From contig WJMJ01000148.1 of assembly GCA_014728035.1 (NCBI GenBank), positions 64,001 through 128,000 on the forward strand: DNA of 64,000 nt, written 5' to 3'. Below are positions 59,557 through 64,000 of the stretch, piece after piece. Position 1 is the stretch's first letter, and each line of letters opens with the position of its first letter. Origin of the DNA: Promethearchaeota archaeon (GTDB taxonomy: Archaea > Asgardarchaeota > Thorarchaeia > Thorarchaeales > Thorarchaeaceae). The notes beneath the pieces were generated by a model. The model ran no database searches, was not told where the DNA came from, and saw only the letters and a program-made list of their open reading frames with translations. The position numbers and the translations under genes are program-made.

Positions 59557-62070
59557 ATGGTAATTCAAGTACTACTTGTAGATGATGATTCGGATTTTCT
59601 AGAACTTACAAAAACTAATCTGGAAAAAATTTCTTCGGATCTTGAAATAACTACATGTACTACTGTTGATATTGGATTGGAACTTGTGCATTCGCAATAT
59701 TTTGATTGTGTAGTGTCGGATTTCCAGATGCCCGAAAAGGACGGCCTTGAATTCTTACAAGAATTGAGAGAGAAAGATATCAAAATCCCTTTCATAATCT
59801 TTACTGGACGAAGCAGAGAAGAAGTTGCCATCAAAGCACTAAATTTAGGAGCTTCTCAATATTTAACAAAAGGTGCTGATATCAAGAGTCAATTTCATCA
59901 ATTGGAACATTCCATTAAACAATTAGTCCAACATAAAAGAACTGAGGAAAAATATGCAAAGCGAGAAGAAGAACTACATGAGTTTCTGAACAACACGCAT
60001 ATCGGGATAGAAATTATTGCTGAGGAGTCTAGTACTATTCTCTATGCTAATCATGGGATGGAAATTATCACTGGATATTCCCCTTCAGAATTAATAGAAT
60101 TAACATTTGAAGAGCAAATAAAAATTATACATCCTGAAGATAGAGAATTTCTTAGGAAAACAATCTTACAGCGAACCAAGGGTGAAAAGTCTCCGCCATA
60201 TTACGAGATAAGATTAATACGAAAAAACGAAGAAACAATCTGGGTTGCTATTACAACAATTCCAATTCAGTACAAGGGAAAATCAGCAATTCAGGTTGTG
60301 TTTCTAGATATTTCTCAACAAACATCAGGACAAGTTACTAGAACCAAAACAAAAGACAGAGTGATACTTGAAAAAATTAAAACTGGACTTTACATCTACG
60401 AACTTCGTGATGACGATCAGCTTGTCTTAATTGATGGAAATAATGCTGCCGGAGATATTACAGGAATATATCCTTCAGAATTCTTGGATGAGGAATTTCG
60501 TGAGATATGGCCAGAAACTGAAGAAGTTGGATTCTATCAGGCTATGATTAACGTGGTTAAAACTCACGAACCATATGAATCAGAGAGTTATGATTATCAG
60601 GACAATAGGGTTCAGGGATGCTATCGTATTTTTGCATTTTATATACCACCTAAAATTCTCTGTGTTAGCTTCACAGATGTTACAGATCTGAAACAAATTC
60701 AAGAAGAATTGGAGAAAAATGAACGTATTCTCGAAGCATTGTTTAAGATAACTAAACATCTCAACGAAACCTGTTTTTCCTTTACTGAACGAATGGAGAA
60801 TGTTATTGAAAAGATAACTAAATCATTGCCAGAATATATGAATCCATCTTTGGAAATTACAATTGATTCTCAGAAATGGGGTAATTCTACAGAAGCCATG
60901 GAATGCATTCAGCAGTATCCAATCAAAATTTTTGAAAAAGTAAGAGGAAATATGTCTCTTCATATCCCAAGAAAAATTGTTTCTGAAGTATCCCTATCAG
61001 AAGAAGATGATTCTATGCTCAAAACTATCGTTGAACAGATAGGACAAACTCTTGCAAAACAAGAAACTAGAGCGGCTTTAGCTGAAGGAGAGAGAAAATA
61101 CAGAACAGTTGTACAATCCATGGCAGATTTGGTTCTTGTATTTGACAGTGAAAACAGACATCTTGAATATTTTCCGACAGACTCTGAATTAATCTTAACC
61201 GAACCAGAAGAATTTCTTGGTAAAACAATCAGTGAAGTATTACCTGAGGAAATTGCCAAGGAATATGAGACCCGAGTTAAGCAAGCACGTGAAGGAAGAA
61301 AAAATATTGACTTCGAGTATTACTCAATTAATCGAAGAGGGAAGGGAAGGTGGTTTCATGCGCTATTTACAAAACATGAGATAGAGGGTCAAGTACTCGT
61401 AGTAGTTAGAGAGATTAGCGAGAGAAAGAAACAAGAACAACTCGTTAAGAAACAGAAAACTGAACTAAGTAAGTTTGCTCATAGAATGCGGCATGATATA
61501 GTTGGAGTATTAAGTAATATCTATGGATTTTTGGAGCTAATACGAAATGGTGAGATCGAACACATTGATTCTATCGAAAGATTAGTTGGTAGGTCGGAAA
61601 AGATACTTGAAAAATCGATAATTCTGGCAGATGCGGGGTTAATAATTGGGGAGAAAGAAGAAGTAGATTTTGAAACACTTATCAAGGATATAGCTAGTGA
61701 AGTTGTTCCGAAAACGATTCATGTTGAAGTAGAATGCATACCACATGTATATGGAGACCAAGAGAAATTAGCTCAAGTTACAATAAATATTTTGAGAAAT
61801 GCTGTAACACATGGAGAACCATCCAGAATATTCATCTTTCAAGAAATAGTAGATGGAAGACATGTTATCCGCTTTTGCAATGATGGAAAAGAGATACCCC
61901 CTCAAGAAATTATCAGGATTAAGGAGTTTGAAACAGCTTCGAAGCTACATGGAATAGGCCTTACAATCGTACAACGCATAATCGAAGCTCACAGATGGCA
62001 AATTACAATCTCAAGTTCAGAGGACACCTGTTTCAGCATATGGATTCCTAATCAAGATATCGTAACATGA
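59557..62070 (+). CDS. Hybrid sensor kinase REC-PAS-PAS-GAF-like-PAS-HisKA-HATPase
   Basis: LLVDDD, SDFQMP, FTG; PAS IHPEDR; RHD; NILRNAVTHG, NDG, GIGLTIV.RI.EAH.W. Confidence 0.9.
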   Translation: MVIQVLLVDDDSDFLELTKTNLEKISSDLEITTCTTVDIGLELVHSQYFDCVVSDFQMPEKDGLEFLQELREKDIKIPFIIFTGRSREEVAIKALNLGASQYLTKGADIKSQFHQLEHSIKQLVQHKRTEEKYAKREEELHEFLNNTHIGIEIIAEESSTILYANHGMEIITGYSPSELIELTFEEQIKIIHPEDREFLRKTILQRTKGEKSPPYYEIRLIRKNEETIWVAITTIPIQYKGKSAIQVVFLDISQQTSGQVTRTKTKDRVILEKIKTGLYIYELRDDDQLVLIDGNNAAGDITGIYPSEFLDEEFREIWPETEEVGFYQAMINVVKTHEPYESESYDYQDNRVQGCYRIFAFYIPPKILCVSFTDVTDLKQIQEELEKNERILEALFKITKHLNETCFSFTERMENVIEKITKSLPEYMNPSLEITIDSQKWGNSTEAMECIQQYPIKIFEKVRGNMSLHIPRKIVSEVSLSEEDDSMLKTIVEQIGQTLAKQETRAALAEGERKYRTVVQSMADLVLVFDSENRHLEYFPTDSELILTEPEEFLGKTISEVLPEEIAKEYETRVKQAREGRKNIDFEYYSINRRGKGRWFHALFTKHEIEGQVLVVVREISERKKQEQLVKKQKTELSKFAHRMRHDIVGVLSNIYGFLELIRNGEIEHIDSIERLVGRSEKILEKSIILADAGLIIGEKEEVDFETLIKDIASEVVPKTIHVEVECIPHVYGDQEKLAQVTINILRNAVTHGEPSRIFIFQEIVDGRHVIRFCNDGKEIPPQEIIRIKEFETASKLHGIGLTIVQRIIEAHRWQITISSSEDTCFSIWIPNQDIVT

Positions 62071-62562
62071 TTTCATTCTTTCAGAAAACCCGAGTGAAAC
62101 AAGCATATTTAGTATTCGATCTATATGTAAATTGAAAGATACAAAAATGCACCAGTTGTATTCCTAGTTGTTTATTGACTTATCTTTATGCCAATTATCT
62201 TTGCATATCAAGTATGGCTTTACAAAAACATACGTTTCGGGAATATTATACTTCAAATTCCTATCCTTTTCAGAATAGCAATAGCGGAATCAATCCTCGG
62301 AGTCATGATGGGATTCATCTTGAGTTCAATTGCCCTTATTCTGCATGCCAAGTTAAGTGGACTCGAAAATGGAATACACGAAATATCAAGGCAAAAGGTA
62401 TTCAGCAATATTTTCAAATTATTTTCTTCTAATTCTGGTTTCCACAAGTATTGTTCTTATTAGTTCTTTAAATTACAATTCAGATTAACTATTAGTTGAC
62501 AGTCTCTGAAAAGGTAACAAGAGACAACAAAGAAAGACTCTCAAAACCTTGAATGAAAAAGG

Positions 62563-62582
62563 AACGGCTTTAGATAGCCGTT
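62563..62582 (-). terminator. Hairpin terminator candidate
   Basis: AACGGCT-ttagat-AGCCGTT directly after the stop, with CCTTTTT on the minus strand. Confidence 0.55.
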
Positions 62583-63422
62583 TCAGTCTTCTGGTACAAA
62601 TACACCACTCATAGGAGTTACTTCGAGACCTTTCTCTCGTAGAGCTTTTACAAAAGGAGCTATTCCCACTGAATCCGATGACATATGTCCTGTTGCTATG
62701 AGGTTTCCAGCATTGTCCTCTTTTTTCAGCTCCTTTGCATCAGATGTGCCAAGGTGCATATAGAACACTGTTGAGAATCCTGCATTGAAGTATGCCATTG
62801 CTACTCCAGCTCCACCATTAGTCCCTCCAGCCATACCTACAGTCCATTTTCCAAGAAGATTAGAAGAGGATCCAACATAGACCACGGGTTCAGTCATTCC
62901 CAACTTCATCTCTGGCAGCTCCATCATAGATTCAATAGCATCACTAACTCGAGGATTGTCAATTTTTTCAGTACCTTTCTTAATAGCTTCAGTAAATCGC
63001 CTTCGACAAATCAAGTCCAAAGGAAGATGTATGTTCATGTAAGGGATATCAAGGAGTTTTGCTGCCGAGATATTATGATCATAATTACTTACGTGGGTTC
63101 GCATCTTAACAGCTTCAAGACGAGGTTGAATTGCTTTCTCTGCAATATGTGGAGAAATTCCTGCCTCTATCATTTGATCAATCTGTGTCTCCACAACTTT
63201 TTCAAAATTAATCCTTGAAGTGCCTCCTGGTGGATGATGTGCTATGACGAGATCGAAATTCAGTTCTTTTGCTAAGAGCATCTCTGGCAGTTGCATATCT
63301 ATTCCGATTAATACATTCTTTATTTCTTTACCCGGATTATGAATACCCGAGTCACCTGGTATTTCATCTAGTCCAGCCATTTCAAGAGCCAAAGCCATTA
63401 TTTCTTCAGTATCCATATTCAC
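62583..63422 (-). CDS. NIF3/YbgI-like (DUF34) metal-binding protein
   Basis: GID, IAHHP, NIHLPLD, MAGGT, YMH, GHMSSDS.G. Confidence 0.8.
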   Translation of the reverse strand: MNMDTEEIMALALEMAGLDEIPGDSGIHNPGKEIKNVLIGIDMQLPEMLLAKELNFDLVIAHHPPGGTSRINFEKVVETQIDQMIEAGISPHIAEKAIQPRLEAVKMRTHVSNYDHNISAAKLLDIPYMNIHLPLDLICRRRFTEAIKKGTEKIDNPRVSDAIESMMELPEMKLGMTEPVVYVGSSSNLLGKWTVGMAGGTNGGAGVAMAYFNAGFSTVFYMHLGTSDAKELKKEDNAGNLIATGHMSSDSVGIAPFVKALREKGLEVTPMSGVFVPED

Positions 63423-63594
63423 TCACTATGAAATTGGGATACAATCTAGAATAAGAACACACCGAATTGAACACATTTGTCAATAGTTACAAAATATGGA
63501 TAAGTAGGAACCTTTTTCTTACATTTCCTTATTTGATATCGTAGATGGTTTGCATCTTCTTTATCCTGCTAATCGTCTTTTGGAGTGAGTTACA

Positions 63595-63993
63595 ATGGAG
63601 AAAATCTACGTCATAAGCTGTAGCCAAGACCTAGCAAGTATCGGTATGGATAGAATAAGGACGGGTGTTGAGGGCCTTGAAGAAACCACCATATCTCTTG
63701 ATTGGTCAAAGGTACGTTTTGTTCCAGTTGTGGCAAATGAGACCGTTTCATTCAGAGAAGATGAAACAAAATTAGTATCGATTCGACCTATCAAAGTCCC
63801 AGCAAATGCAATGGTTATTCAGTCAATGTATGGCACAAATGGAATGGGCCACATCTCCTGTATTGGATCTACAGAGTTCAAAATGTATAATGAAGATAGA
63901 GTTGCAGACATGTCTATGTTTCAGTCAAGACTTAAAGCAAAAGTAATGAAAGATGACTTACTTGGCCAAGTCCTTGTTGTTCCTGCAAAATGA
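63595..63993 (+). CDS. Archaeal DUF22-like protein
   Basis: VANE.V...E.K.V.IRPIKVP.N...G...DDLLGQV pattern. Confidence 0.55.
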   Translation: MEKIYVISCSQDLASIGMDRIRTGVEGLEETTISLDWSKVRFVPVVANETVSFREDETKLVSIRPIKVPANAMVIQSMYGTNGMGHISCIGSTEFKMYNEDRVADMSMFQSRLKAKVMKDDLLGQVLVVPAK

Positions 63994-64000
63994 ATAATGC

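Noticed and set aside
62150-62463. Overlapping short ORFs, possibly a decayed membrane-protein gene
   Set aside because: No identifiable homology; frame ambiguous
1284-63794. Many short antisense or overlapping ORFs in the six-frame track (e.g. 5815-6192, 18882-19316, 30447-30872, 53740-54144)
   Set aside because: Shadow frames of well-supported genes with no recognisable motifs

Overview
AT-rich archaeal chromosomal window. The gene content points to an Asgard archaeon, probably Thorarchaeia (inference): Rab-like small GTPases, a longin-domain protein, several beta-helix/Ig-like surface proteins, AOR with ubiquitin-like sulfur carriers, and many peptidases. I found no rRNA, tRNA, CRISPR array or transposase. 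Most genes are housekeeping or peptide catabolism (S9, M3B, M28, M32, TldD/PmbA, asparaginase, AOR, transporters, two toxin-antitoxin modules). Three things stand out. (1) A ~186-bp non-coding mobile element occurs four times (3380-3568, 15232-15419, 15511-15699, 45046-45234). It lacks terminal inverted repeats, is bounded by a repeated GGT core and has inverted tandem TTGGACA subterminal motifs. It also holds an internal TATA-like box and a highly conserved hairpin whose loop is complementary to its own right end. Exact removal restores an interrupted gene at one site and an interrupted UUCG terminator hairpin at another. It is a candidate non-autonomous IS607-like, omegaRNA-carrying mini-element. 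(2) A small GTPase / longin+NPRL2-like protein / truncated paralog / atypical small GTPase locus (54430-58422) contains a structured intergenic RNA candidate and is reminiscent of a GATOR1-like module. (3) Relics show serial replacement of a VapBC module at the 3' end of an asparaginase gene. All product calls come from motif recognition by eye; no database searches were run.
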